Assembly: GCA_964016885.1 (NCBI GenBank)
Contig: OZ024740.1
Coordinates: 202,182,001-202,246,000, forward strand
Direction of reading: 5' to 3'
From: Eledone cirrhosa
Taxonomy: Eukaryota
DNA length: 64,000 nt
The notes beneath the pieces were generated by a model. The model did not search any database, had not been told where the DNA came from, and saw only the letters and a program-made list of their open reading frames with translations. Made by a program: the position numbers and the translations under genes. Positions 13,480-26,136 of this stretch are shown piece by piece (the first letter of the stretch is position 1; each line of letters opens with the position of its first letter).

Positions 13480-14530
13480 ATTTCTTTATTAACCACAAAG
13501 GGTTTACATTAAGAAAAACATTAAGGACAGCACAGGACAGAATATTGTGTGGGGGGGGGTGTTGTAAACAGGTTTAATATTACTAAAGGGAGGTAACAAT
13601 AAAATTTTAACTGGGTATTCCTCAGTAGGAAGGAGACGTCCGAGAGCTACTTGTGGAAAAAACCCATAAAACAGCAGATGCTCTGACTGCTAGGCTAAGT
13701 GCCCTCTCTCAGTTCTTCAGCTCCGATTTACAGGCGTATACTTAAGGCAAGCTTGTTCACTCGGACCATGCTTGCCACTCTCATCTATCTATCAACAAAA
13801 TGAAACAAAATGAAATTGATGAGGGATTCGTCAGAGGAAAGTGTTTGTCTTCAGCTCTTTCAATAATGTCAACCATACAACCTCTTCCATCATGGTCACC
13901 AGGCATATAAAAATTGCCTGCTCTTCCTGGTTAAAAGAAGGCAGCAAGGCAATCTTCTCAATGGATTCAGTTGATAACCGGATCTATCTTACACCTGACA
14001 GATGTTTGACAGTTTAGTAATGCTCGGACATTGAACAAATGTATGTATGAGGGTTTCATCACCCTGCTCACATCTGACGTGCTCGGCTGACAGCACTTCC
14101 ATACTTGTAGAGTTTATCTCAAACTGGCAAAGCTCCCTGGTAACACTGCCAGGCCAAGGATTTCTGGAAGTTAACCATTAGCCCTGGAGTGAAGGTTCTC
14201 CAGAAGTGAACAACTAGTTGCTCGTCTTTGACACCCAGGGTCTCCCCAAGAATGCTGTTGCTTTACCCCACCACTAATCCTCTATCTACTGATCACAGTG
14301 CCCAACTGGCTAAGGTCTGTGAGTTCTTGAAAGCATTCCAGTTTCCAAGCACTCCCTCTGAATCTTTGCTTGACCCAGGACTGTAGCTCCGTCAAGGAGA
14401 TAAGCTCGGGAAACACATGACTGACAAATGACTACACCTGTTCATCGTCACGGAAATTCTGGAGATGTCATAGACTCAGTACATATTTGTGTATTATCAG
14501 CCATAGTATGCCCAGTCCTTCACAAAGGGA
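13480..14530 (-). pseudogene. Decayed L1/Tx1-type LINE 3' fragment (zf-RVT region)
   Basis: Minus strand about 14160-14025 reads LAWQCYQGALPV*DKLYKYGS...RCEQGDETLIHTFVQCP, a CCHC zinc-binding region typical of L1/Tx1. Confidence 0.6.
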
Positions 14531-17500
14531 GGTGGATTGGCATTATCGGTCGAGGGTCGGGCGCCATGCTTTCCAGCATAGTTACGTCCCTTTACGATCT
14601 GAGTTCAAATCCCGCCGAGGTTGACTGCCTTTCATCCTTACGGGGTCGATAAAATAAAGTACCAGTAATGCACTGGGTAATTGCTGGCCTTGTGCCTAAA
14701 GTAGAAACAATTATTATTATTATTGATGACTGTAATGGTGTTGAGCACCATTACAGTGAACAAAGCTATTTATTGTACCACTTCATAAAGAAATGCTGAA
14801 TGATTAAGAAGTTTGCTTCGCAATCATTAGATCTCATGTTTGATACCACTGAGTGACATCTTGTAATGAAACTGGATAGACAGAAACTGTTTCAGCCAAC
14901 CTTGTCACACACAGTGTCATGATGAAGACCCCAGGGAATTATGTTAAAGGTACATGTGTCTGTGGAATGCTCAGCCCCTTGCATTCCGTGTTAATTTCAT
15001 GAGCCGGCTGTTCTGTTGATTAAATAACTGGAACACCCATCATTGCAACCACCAGAGGTCCATTCTAAATGCAACGTATGTAATGAGTAGGAAGAAAACA
15101 CAGGTCATATCCCCACAGGTAATAAAATGTTAGCCCAGAAAGAATACTAGCACCAGCATGTCCCAAATTGAACTAGTTACTTTGTAAAAAAAATAGATAT
15201 TAACAGCTCAGGTGAGTGGTACATTCACTAAGACATCCATTAGAACATACTTTATTTATTTCTAGCCTTTGCAAGTCTTCTGCAGTTAAGGCTCATGTCT
15301 CACTGTAATATTGATGTTTATACACAAGTATCATACAGTCTTTTCATTCAGAGATAGAAGTCCTTTCTTCTCAGAAGTGGTATCAGCTTCCGAAACATCT
15401 TCCAACCAGTTCTTACCTAGGTCACCATACTTTCAGAGCATTCTTCCCCACTGCTAATTAGGTCTCCTAGGTAACAAAAGCTGTCAACAACTTCTAGGGA
15501 ACTACCTTGGTATCTGAAGAAATCTATTTCACATGTGTTCTTAGTGCTTACTTCTCCTGTGCATCTACTACATATAAAATCTATCTTGTGCATCCATAAA
15601 TTACACTGTGTGCACTTTATGGAGTTTTTGTCATCCATTTTTGACACATTGAGCACGGTCATTTCCGAGATGGCAATGGCTCCCTACTTAAAACTTCAGT
15701 CTTTGCCAACTTTTAGGTCTTTTGACACCAGGGTTTTCTTCAATGCTTAGAATTTTGTCTAACTCTCACATGGATTCTCATATTCTTAGAAAAATACTTT
15801 CCATCTAAGGCATTTTGTTAGGAGGCTTTACAGTTAGTTTGAAGAGAAAAATTAAAAGCAGTATGTTAAATTCATACTATTGTAATGTAAATATAATAAT
15901 AATAGTGTTAGTGATCTACACGATAAACACACTCAGCACACTCTGTAAAGTGGTTGGTGATAGAAAAGGCATCCAGCTATAGAAAGCCTGCTAAACAAAG
16001 GGTTAGGAGAACTCTTAGTTGTGACAAGGACATGACAACCTTCCCTGTGCACTTGGTAAAATGCAAGACCATATATAAGCAAGACGACAAATCCCTGGCT
16101 TGTCTGGGAGATCAGTAGCCACCGCTTCGGTACTGACTTGGTCTATGTAGACCCATCCAACCCTTGTAGCCGGGAAAGCAGATGTTAAAACAATGATGAT
16201 GATGAATAATTCATTCTAACATGAGCCTAAGACCAGCAATTTGGGAAAAGGTAAAGTCAATTATATTGACCCCAGTACCTAACTGGTACTTCCTTTTATC
16301 AACCTCAGATGAATGAAAGGCAACTTCGACCTTGGTGGGATTTGAAATCAGAACATAAAAGACTAACTAAATATCATCAGGTATTTTGTCCTGCACTCTA
16401 ATGATTCTACCAACCACCTACCTTCAATAATATTAACAATAATAATAATATTTGTGTATATGTATTAGCTAGTACTGGCATATTGCCAAAGCTTGTATCT
16501 TTAGGTATATTTGTGCCAAGTTTCTGATGATGATGACAATTAAATCTCTTCAGTCAATCCTTTTTTTTGTTTTGGCTAATTATCAGAACCTTTCCAGACC
16601 ATTATGCATTATTAAGCAATCTATGATATTAATGTGACCATATTACAGAGATACATAGATGGCAGCTAAACACAAGATTCCTTATTCCTTGTTGTCATAG
16701 CAATGTTAACAGAGACCCAACAGTCTATGATTAACCCTTTAGCATTTACATTACTCTATATATACTATTATATTTTCATGGTTAAGGTTTTGCCTTACAT
16801 AATTATCTTACATAAAATTGAATCTATGAGATTTTGATTTCATTTATTTTGAGAACAACACCTTAACATAAGTATGAGTGGCCGGTTACAGCTGGTTTGA
16901 ACAGATGAAGGTGAGAGAATTCTGGCTGGATATGGCCAGTTTAAAAAAACACCCCTGAAATTTACAGATTGCACTTACGCAGGTTGTATCTCATAGGAGG
17001 TTTCTTGGGTGTTTTAATTATAGTGTATATGAAATGCAACATGAAGTGAAGAATCTTGCTCAAGAACACAATACAACACCCAGTTCAGGAACTAATTCCA
17101 TGACCTTATGACCATGAGTCCAGCCCCTTAATTACTATGCCAATCTATGATAGTAATGTAGTCATAATACAGAGCTACACAGATGGCTATTGCTGCTGAA
17201 GTGAAGGCGCATGTCTGAGTGGTCAAGGTGTTAGACTCGTGATGATAAAGTAATGAGATTGATTCTCAAATTGGGCAATGTGTTGTGTTTTTGAGCAAGA
17301 CAATTTCACATAATTAAAATACCCAAGATACTTATACTAACTAAACCTACAGTGGTGTGAGCTGGAATAACAGCAAGAAATTAATTAATTACTTCTTAAT
17401 TATTATTTCAGTGTTTGATTAGACTTTTATTTTTGAACTAGGTTAGAGATTTTACTAATTAACTAATCCTAATAATACTGAAATAATAAAGTATGTAATT

Positions 17501-17699
17501 ATTGTCTAATTAATAGCCATATGGTCAATTCATCCAGTTGTGATAAATCAAACACTTAAAGCAAAACTCTGAATATCAGTCAACCCAAATGGATAATTTT
17601 GACTACTACCAGTATTGAGTCCTCTTAGTAAATGTTTATATTATAAGTTAGTAACTCCAACTTTATTGTGTGTGTAAAAAACAAGGCTGACTAACTACA

Positions 17700-18088
17700 A
17701 TATGTAGATACCCACAAGATTATTAACCATCTTTCCAACAACAACCCTGGGCATCTTTTTGAATTCTATATGTCTAACACCCGTGGACATGCTTACAAAA
17801 TCAGAAAACAACACAACTCCCATAACTTTCAGAAACATTTTTTCACGCTTAGAGTTGTTGACGCATGGAACAAACTTCCTGCATCGGTTGTTAGCTGTCA
17901 AGACACTGCATCCTTCAAAACTTCCATGCTTCCTGAGATTCGCCAACACTGCACTTGATATTCCTCCTCTCGTGTGTATATCATACACTGTTCACTTTCC
18001 TGACATTTGTACATTATTCTATGTACTATACATGCACCTTTGATGAGTTGTAGTGCACCTGAGCACTGTACACAATAATTTTCATTAT
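17700..18088 (+). mobile_element. CR1-type LINE 3' end
   Basis: NTRGHAYKIRKQ...HFFTLRVVDAWNKLPASVV...FK is the classic CR1 C-terminus. The same 3' UTR recurs at about 315-410 and 11205-11460 (minus). Confidence 0.85.
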
Positions 18089-18504
18089 AATATATGTTTC
18101 TCTCTTCTACACCCTTTTCCCTGTTTTCTTTTTTACTCTTATCCATCTTCTTTTTCAGGATGATTGGAGTCTATTCAGATACAATGTCAGAATAGACTGA
18201 GCATATTTGTTAAGTCCTAACATCCCATAATGATTTCTTAACCACAAAAGCACTGAATATTTACAGTAAATGAACACATGATTAATAACCAGATGATAAT
18301 CCATCACATTATATTACACCCAGCCAGCTCACCGTTACTATATATATATATATATAGTCAATTCTATAAGTTGATAAAACAATGGTAAGCAGTTCAGATA
18401 TTTATTTAAAGCTCAAATCTGGTTTATTCTATATCCAAAAAGCGAGAGGTATTTCCAAGATAAATCCAGTTGGTATACTTCCGGTCATCTTAGATTTATA
18501 ATCA

Positions 18505-21500
18505 CAGCAATCCGGACTGCCCGGCACTATAAAAGACAGATTCTATAAGACACTGATGCTCACTACCTCCCAAATAACCGACAGTGACTATATAATTATT
18601 GCAGGCGACCTAAATGGTCACGTTGGACAACATTGTGACGGCTACGACGAAATCCATGGAGGCTATGGGTTTGGTACTAGAAATGAGGAAGGCTCCAGAA
18701 TCCTGGAATTCTGTGACGCAAATAACCTAACTATCTGTAACACTAACTTAAAAAAACGTGACAATCACCTGATCACCTATAGATCGGGGAAACACACAAG
18801 CCAGGTAGATTATATCCTTACCAGAAGACGTGACAGAGTGTCTGTTGTAAACACTAAATCCCTCCCCCATGAAGAATGCACCTCCCAACATACTGATAAT
18901 TAGCGACCTAATAGTCAGGACAAGATGTACTAGACAGCAGAAGAGGACTATCCTCAGGAGAAAAATATGGAAGCTAAAGGACCCCACAGCCAGAAATAAA
19001 TTTAAAAGCATACTACTTGATGCTTTCGACAGTAAGGAAGAGCAATTAGAGTCGTACAATATAGAGGAACAGTGGGAATTCCTGAAAGCAAACCTGCTGA
19101 TGGCGGCAGACAAAGACTGTGGCTGGAGCAGGCCTGTAGGCAGGAGGAGAGTAATATGGTGGTGGAACAGTAAGGTAGAGGGGTCAATTAAGGCCAAAAA
19201 GCAGGCTTGGAAAGTATGGCGGGATGGGGGAAGTAGAGAAGACTATCAAGTGGCCAGGAGGGAAGCTAGGAGACAAGTGTACTTCGCAAGAAGGGAAGCA
19301 GAGGAAAGAAAGTTCAAGCATGTTCTACAATGCGAGGACCAAAAACGTGAGGTGTTCAGGATTGCTAGGCAATGTGTCAAGGAAAACCGTGATATTGTCG
19401 GGGAGAAGTGTGTACTTAACGATGATGGCGTACTTGCCATCACCGACGCTGATAAGAAGGTAGCTTGGAAGTGTCACTACGAAAGGCTACTAAATGAGGA
19501 GAATAAATGGGAGAAAGACAGTCTCCCCCACATCGACCCAATAGAGGGACCAGCAGTGTTAGTCGAGGGTAGTATAATAAGTAAGGCAATCAAAGATATG
19601 AAGACGGGTAAGGCGGCTGGGCCTTCGGAAATAGTTGCTGAGATGCTGAAGGCATCTGGAACGGTGGGACACACCATGGTCACCCGGATAGTTAACCAAG
19701 TCGTACAGAATGGGGTTGTTCCAAAGGACTGGCGTAGCAGCATCATCGTTAACTGTTATAAGAGTAAAGGAGATGCCCTAGATAGGAGTAACTATAGAGG
19801 CATTAAATTAATCGACCAGGTCATGAAGGTCACGGAAAAAGTAATAGCGCAACTAATCAGAGAGAGAATTGATCTAGATGAAATGCAGTTCGGGTTTGTG
19901 TCAGGCAAAAGTACCACAGACGCTCTTTTCATTGTACGACAACTACAGGAGAAGTACCTAGCTAAAAGTAAACCCCTATACTTAGCTTTTGTCGACTTGG
20001 AGAAAGCCTTCGACAGAGTCCCCCGTTCCATTAGCTGGTGGGCTCTTAGAAAACTAGGTGTTGACGAATGGCTTGTGAGAGCTATACAAGCCATGTATAA
20101 AGAAACAGTCAGCAAGGTTAGAATTAACAACGAATATAGTGAAGAGTTTAGCGTAAAAGTTGGTGTCCATCAGGGCTCTGTTCTTAGCCCCCTACTATTT
20201 ATTATTGCCCTTCAGGCTATAACAGAGGAGTTCAAGACCGGCTGCCCATGGGAACTCCTATACGCAGATGACCTAACTGAATCAATGGCCGAGTTAGAGA
20301 AGAAATTCCAAACATGGAAGCAAGGCCTAGAATCAAAAGGCCTTAAAATTAACCTGGCTAAGACTAAAGTTCTAGTTTGTAAGAAAGAAAATAAGGCGGC
20401 AGTCCCTTCCGGGAAATGGCCATGCTCAGTGTGTAGGAAAGGCATAGGTAGAAACTCCATTTTATGTCCCAAATGCAAAGTATGGGTGCATAAAAGATGT
20501 AGTGGGATCACAGGTAAGCTAACTAAGAACATAGATTTTACATGTGGCCGGTGCTCTGGTGCAATAAGTAGCAGCAAGTGCCCACAAAATACTAGCTCTT
20601 TCAACTGCGCAGAGGGTTCTATAGAAATAGTGGACAGCTTCCGTTACCTGGGTGACAAAATCAGCAGTGGGGGAGGGTGCTCTGAAAGTACAGTAGCTAG
20701 AGTCAGAACTGGATGGAAAAAGTTCAGAGAGCTTATACCACTATTAGCCGCTAAAGGGTTCTCCCTAAAAATGAAAGGCAGGTTGTATGATGCCTGCATA
20801 CGAACAGCAATGTTGCATGGCAGTGAGACCTGGGCATTGTGTGCAGAGGATATACGCAGACTAGAGAGGAACGAAGCTTGCATGCTCCGCTGGATGTATA
20901 ATAGTAATATACGTGAACGGCAAAGCATAAACGAACTAAGGAAAAAATTAGAAATAAGAGGGATCAGATGTTGTTTACTCGAGAGAAGGCTACGTTGGTA
21001 TGGTCACGTGATGCGCATGAAAGACGATAGCTGTATAACAAAGTGCAGGGCAATAAAGATAGACTGTAGCCACGGAGTAGGCAGACCCAGAAAAACCTGG
21101 GATGAGCTGATAAATTCCGACCTCACACACTTACACCTCTCCAAGACAATGTTACTGGACCGAGACCTTTGGCGGTACTCAGTAATAGAGAAGACCCGCC
21201 TTACCTAAATACAAAGTAACACCTACTATAGTCAGTAGGCATCTCTAACAAAATACACCCCTGTCCCACTACCCCCACCCCATCCACACCGCCCCTTTCA
21301 ATGTAAAGTTATGTTGGTGCCACAACATCCAGGCCGAAACAAATGAGATCGTGTAGGTGTCACGACAAAAAAACACACAGTCCACGCTGTAATGTGGCCG
21401 TGTAGGCAACACGGTAAAAACCTCCCAGCCCCACACTGTAAATGTGGTTGGTGTTAGGAAGGGCATCCAGCTGTAGAAAACCCGCCAGACAGTCCTATGC

Positions 21501-21592
21501 GAGCAAGACAATCACTCTTGCCTCAAGTGGGAAAAACCCCGTCCAAACCCATGCAAGCGTGGAACACGGACGTTAAACGAAAAAGAAGAAGA
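18505..21592 (+). mobile_element. RTE-clade LINE, 5'-truncated, antisense in the DCAF8 intron (APE endonuclease fragment, RT, 3' UTR)
   Basis: APE motifs GDLNGHVG, RNEEG, SQVDYIL (18556-18903). A frameshift near 18890 leads into the 779-aa ORF with DLEKAFD, GVHQGSVLSP, YADD, FRYLG and RLRWYGHV..GRPRKTW. The 3' UTR ends in a (GAA)n tail. Confidence 0.95.
18869..21208 (+). CDS. RTE reverse transcriptase ORF with internal PHD finger (frameshifted from endonuclease; probably non-functional)
   Basis: RT motifs as above. C4HC3 pattern CSVC-x10-CPKC-x4-H-x2-C-x14-CGRC. YADDL is followed directly by TES, suggesting a short in-frame deletion. Confidence 0.88.
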   Translation: MKNAPPNILIISDLIVRTRCTRQQKRTILRRKIWKLKDPTARNKFKSILLDAFDSKEEQLESYNIEEQWEFLKANLLMAADKDCGWSRPVGRRRVIWWWNSKVEGSIKAKKQAWKVWRDGGSREDYQVARREARRQVYFARREAEERKFKHVLQCEDQKREVFRIARQCVKENRDIVGEKCVLNDDGVLAITDADKKVAWKCHYERLLNEENKWEKDSLPHIDPIEGPAVLVEGSIISKAIKDMKTGKAAGPSEIVAEMLKASGTVGHTMVTRIVNQVVQNGVVPKDWRSSIIVNCYKSKGDALDRSNYRGIKLIDQVMKVTEKVIAQLIRERIDLDEMQFGFVSGKSTTDALFIVRQLQEKYLAKSKPLYLAFVDLEKAFDRVPRSISWWALRKLGVDEWLVRAIQAMYKETVSKVRINNEYSEEFSVKVGVHQGSVLSPLLFIIALQAITEEFKTGCPWELLYADDLTESMAELEKKFQTWKQGLESKGLKINLAKTKVLVCKKENKAAVPSGKWPCSVCRKGIGRNSILCPKCKVWVHKRCSGITGKLTKNIDFTCGRCSGAISSSKCPQNTSSFNCAEGSIEIVDSFRYLGDKISSGGGCSESTVARVRTGWKKFRELIPLLAAKGFSLKMKGRLYDACIRTAMLHGSETWALCAEDIRRLERNEACMLRWMYNSNIRERQSINELRKKLEIRGIRCCLLERRLRWYGHVMRMKDDSCITKCRAIKIDCSHGVGRPRKTWDELINSDLTHLHLSKTMLLDRDLWRYSVIEKTRLT

Positions 21593-24500
21593 GCATATAT
21601 TATCAAAGAAAATAGGTCACCAAGTTCAACAGTTAATATATTATTTCATCAAATAAATAATAACTGTTGAACTTGGCGACGTATTTTCTTTGTTAATATA
21701 TATATATATACACACACACACACAAAGAGAGAGAAAGAGATTTGAAATGTGGTCATCCTAATATAAATAAGCATAATGCTAGTTAGTCCTAAAGTTGAGG
21801 AAATCAAGTAAAGTATTTCTGAAGACAGAAAAAAAAGGACATTTCGGATACCTAGTGAATGCATTAACCATTATGCGAAGGGGTCCCTGGCCAACAACTG
21901 TCATCTTTTTAGAAGATTTTATTGTCTATAGCAAAAAGTGTGAACATCCGTTTGACTTAAGAAACATTATAGAAATTTGAAATAGTCAATCACTACAAAT
22001 AATAGTTAAGAAAATCAGGTAAAGTAATCCTGGCGACAGAAAAAAGGTGACTTTAATATTAAAAAATTTTTTAAATAAAAAAAATAAAAATCTAAAATAA
22101 ATAATAAAAAAAATCCAGGCTAACGTTTACTACTAACAATTTATTGGCAAATTAAAAGTTTATATATTTGTGTCCTGTTAAATAATCTGAGCAGTATAAA
22201 AATGTGAATATAACCTGACCCATTCATGCCCCACTCCACCATTAAATATTGGAAATGTGTTCATCTGAGATTCTACTAAATGTTAACCATGATGTTACCC
22301 ACAATATCACATCCATACGATTAGAGTTGGTACTCTTCACTATACTATGCCATGTCCATACCATTATAGCTGGAATGGCTCTTCCAGCACATCTCCCTCA
22401 CCATCCTCAAGAGAAACGCCTTCGCTATTCTGTCTGCCAGGGCCCCCCATTTGCTCATAATAGTGAGAGATGGGGAGAGCAGGAGAGATGAGTTAGTGGC
22501 AGTGGGAGTTTGGTTCCTTTGTGCTCAGACCTGGTATATGTTTCACAGACATTACCTACATGGTAGACAAATAAGTAGATGTTTTTGTTGCTCAGCTGCT
22601 GTGATGCCCACTAACCCTCAGTAAACACCTGTATACACATTACATAGACAAGTAACCATTGGTACTCTTCACTACACTGAACAACAATAAATAACCCAGA
22701 TCACATAATGGTGTCAAGGGTTGCCATTCACGAATGTAGCTTTGAAGAGTTACCTCACCTATTTAGCTATCTTTACCTCCTGTAATTTTCACCTAGCAGC
22801 ATGGAAAGCAGATGTTAAATGATGACGATGATGACAAAGAAGCACAATTTGAAGGGAGACAATTCTCTCTTTTTATGAGAACTATATTACAAATATTTAC
22901 ATCAAATATAGAAAGCAATGAATTGACAGTTGTCAGAGCATCAGACAGTTCTTTACAGTTCTCCATGCTGGCGTAGATTGTTTACATCACCAAAACCTGA
23001 GATTAGACATTTTTGGCAGGATTTCTACAGCTGCTAAGTGTTCTTCCTAATGCTAACTCCTTTACAGAATGTACTGGGTGCATTTTATCGTGGCACCAGC
23101 ACTAAAGTGGTTGTTATGTCCTCAGTGGGGCCTATGTTGTTTCAGTCCAAAAGTCAACCACTATAGTGAGTGCACTAGGTGCATTTTAGTGAAGCAATAA
23201 CATTAGAGTTTGTTTTGAATCTTACAAGACTAAGGGAGTATTCACAACTTATGTTATCCCCTATTCATTCAAGGCAGCATGATTAGAAGGGAGTGAATAG
23301 AAGCGAGACATGTTGTACATAAATATATGGAATTAATTTAGGAAAATATAATCCAAGTGAAATATGTTGACTAAAAATTGTATATTTTAAAAGGTACTGA
23401 TGCTGTCTACAAATGAAAGTACATGTACTTTGTTACAGAGTACACTCACATACAAGGAGTACAAAGTAAGCTTGCTTCGAGTTTATAGCTCTATGGTTAG
23501 TTGCCACTCAATAACAATAAAAATTGTTTCTACTTTTGACACAAGGCCAGCAATTACCCAGTACATTACTGGTACTTTATTTTATCGACCCCATAAGGAT
23601 GAAAGGCAAAGTTAACCTCGACGCGATTTGAACTCAAAACGTAAAGGGACGTAACTATGCTAGAAAACATGGCATCCAGCCCTCTACCGAATAATAATGA
23701 TTTCTACTATAGGCACAAGGCTTGTCATTTTTGGGGAGGGAAAAGTCGATTAAATTTATTCCAGTACTTTATTTTATTGACCCCATAAGGATGAAAGGCA
23801 AAGCTAACCTTGGCAGGATTTGAACCTAGAATGTAAAGGGCCAAAACTCTATGCTGCAAAGCATGGTGTCTGTCGCTCTACCGATTCTATTATTTAGGCA
23901 TAAGGACAGTAAATTTGGAGTGAGGGGAAAATCCAATATTTCGAACCCAGCATTTGACTGGTACTTTTTTTATCATCGCCAGAAAGAAGACAAATTACGA
24001 CTCGGAAGGATTTGAACCCTAACTGTAAAGAGCTATAACAAATACCCTAAAGTATTTTGTTTGAAATTAACAATTCTACTAATCAATCTCTGTAAAGTGA
24101 TAGTGCTGGTACCCCCAGTACACACAGTAGAAATAATAGTGATGGTACCACAATAAAATGTACCACACAATGTTAAGTGACTGATGGTAACACAATAAAA
24201 TGTACCACGCAATGTTAAGTGACTGATAGTATCACAATAAAATGTACCAAGTAAAGGATGTTAAGTGACTGATGGTACCACAATAAAATGCATCCAGTAC
24301 ACACTAGAAAGTGGTGGTGCTATGATAAAATGCTCTCATTACACACCGTAAAGAGACTGGCGTTAAGAATGGCATCTATTTGTTGAACCAATGCCAAATA
24401 TGGAACATGAGTAAGAAAAGGTTCTCCAACCCCTGTAGTCTTGGACTGTGACAACCCATCCAACTCATGGAAAACAGTCATAAAACAACAATGATGATGA

Positions 24501-25133
24501 TTTGTATGTTGAAGAGGATAAAACTGAAGTGAAATACAACCAGTGTAAGTGTGTGTGTTGCTATTAGCAGTATGACCTGTTCTGATAGGCACGGACTGTG
24601 TGGTTAAGTAGTTCACTTCTCAACCACGTGGTTTCAAGTTCAGTCCCACTGTGTGGCACCTTGGGCAAATGTCTAGTGAGTGAAATTTAGTGTATAGGTA
24701 TATATGTGTGTGTACATGTGTATTTTTTACGTTTAGAGTGTGTAATTTAGTGGTTCAACAAAAAATAAATATTGGTGTTGATATGATTGACTAGATTCTT
24801 GGAAGGTGGTACCCCAACATGGCCACAATCTAATGACTGAAACCAGTCAAAGAATAAAACACACAATTTCTCATCAAGAATCTTGCAAAATAAACACAAA
24901 ACTGATGATAAACTAATAGTAATTGTTTCTACTTTTGGCACAAGTCCAGCAATTACCCCCAGTGCATTACTGGTACTTTATTTTATCGACCCCAGAAGGA
25001 TGAAAGGCAAAGTTAACCTCAGCAGGATTTGAACTCAGACCATAACTATGCTGCAAAGCATGGCGTCCGACCTACCGATACTGCCAATCCACCACCCTTG
25101 ATAAACTAATAATAGTGATAGTTAAATACTCAC

Positions 25134-26136
25134 CAATTCGGTTAAAATTAAGAGCATTCACACAGCCATTATGGTACTCCATCTTATACTGCAAGGTTAA
25201 ACGTTGCACCATTTGTAAACTTGAGTTAACCTTTTCTCTAAAAAGACTTGGAGGAGTTTTTGTTGAATGTCCAAACTCACGAGAGCGGAGATCATATATT
25301 GCTTTCCAATTATGTTTCGGTATTTTGTCAGAATCATAGTCCATATCACTTTCATCCTCATCTTCTTCATCATCAACATCATCTTCCTCATCTTCGTCAG
25401 ATGAAGAAGATGAAGAAGACAACAAAGAAGACAGCTTTTTACTGCCCGTCTCTTCGTTTTTATCATCATCGTCCTCAACATTGTCATTGAGATCTTCGTA
25501 ATCCATCTCAGCTTTACCACCTTCATCACTATTAACAGGTGAGGCTAGGATGGGTTTCCCCTTTTCTTTCTCTACACATTCAGAAGTGCCATCTTCAGTG
25601 TTCACAGTATCTAAGTCCATCTTTTCTGCACTACACACTAATTTACACGAGCCTTCTTTATCATTCAGCTCAGAATCCTGCACATCCAAAGATGGTAAAT
25701 CTTCCTCATCTGACACAGAAACTTTTGATTTGCCATCAAATTTTATATCACCAACAGAATTTGTGAAAGAGCAAGCAGCGCTGTCTGTCAGTGACTCACT
25801 GACACTTTCACTACAGTCTGATAGAATTGGTCCTTCCTGTGCACTTGTGCTTGCCGGAGATTTCTCAAAGTCAATCCCACTGTCATCTTTTTTCAATGAA
25901 GGTAGAGACAGATCAGGTTCATGGGAGATTTTTTCCTCCATAATTGCCAGATGAGTGGGGATTTTAGAAGTGGCATTATCATTTTTCGCCTGATCTTCGC
26001 TTATTTTCTCTGTAACATGGTTATCTGAAGTCTGACTGGAGTCATGAAACTTGTCTTCATTGTTGAAGTGATTATTGCCTTTTTTATTGTCTACATCACA
26101 GTCACTGGAGCTTATGACTAGACTAGATTCAGCCAT
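25134..26136 (-). CDS. DCAF8: DCAF8 first coding exon (acidic low-complexity N-terminus plus start of WD40 repeat 1)
   Basis: ORF MAESS...DEDEEDD...KHNWKAIYDLRSREFG...VQRLTLQYKMEYHNGCVNALNFNRIG, resembling the DCAF8 'HxGCVN' start. Phase-1 donor GTGAGT at 25133. Probable acceptor (ttttctttttatag) at 26341-26340, so about 200 nt of 5' UTR lie in the same exon. Confidence 0.92.

Noticed and set aside
14531-14620. tRNA gene
   Set aside because: A/B-box-like sequence belongs to a SINE head, with no cloverleaf and followed by the SINE core.
19002-20928. Several 60-130 aa ORFs overlapping the RTE RT
   Set aside because: Alternate-frame or antisense shadows with no recognisable motifs.
25072-25133. 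ORF-track C-terminal extension EYLTITIISLSRVVDWQYR of the 354-aa ORF
   Set aside because: Intron and SINE read-through past the GTGAGT donor; homology continues in the 12829 exon.
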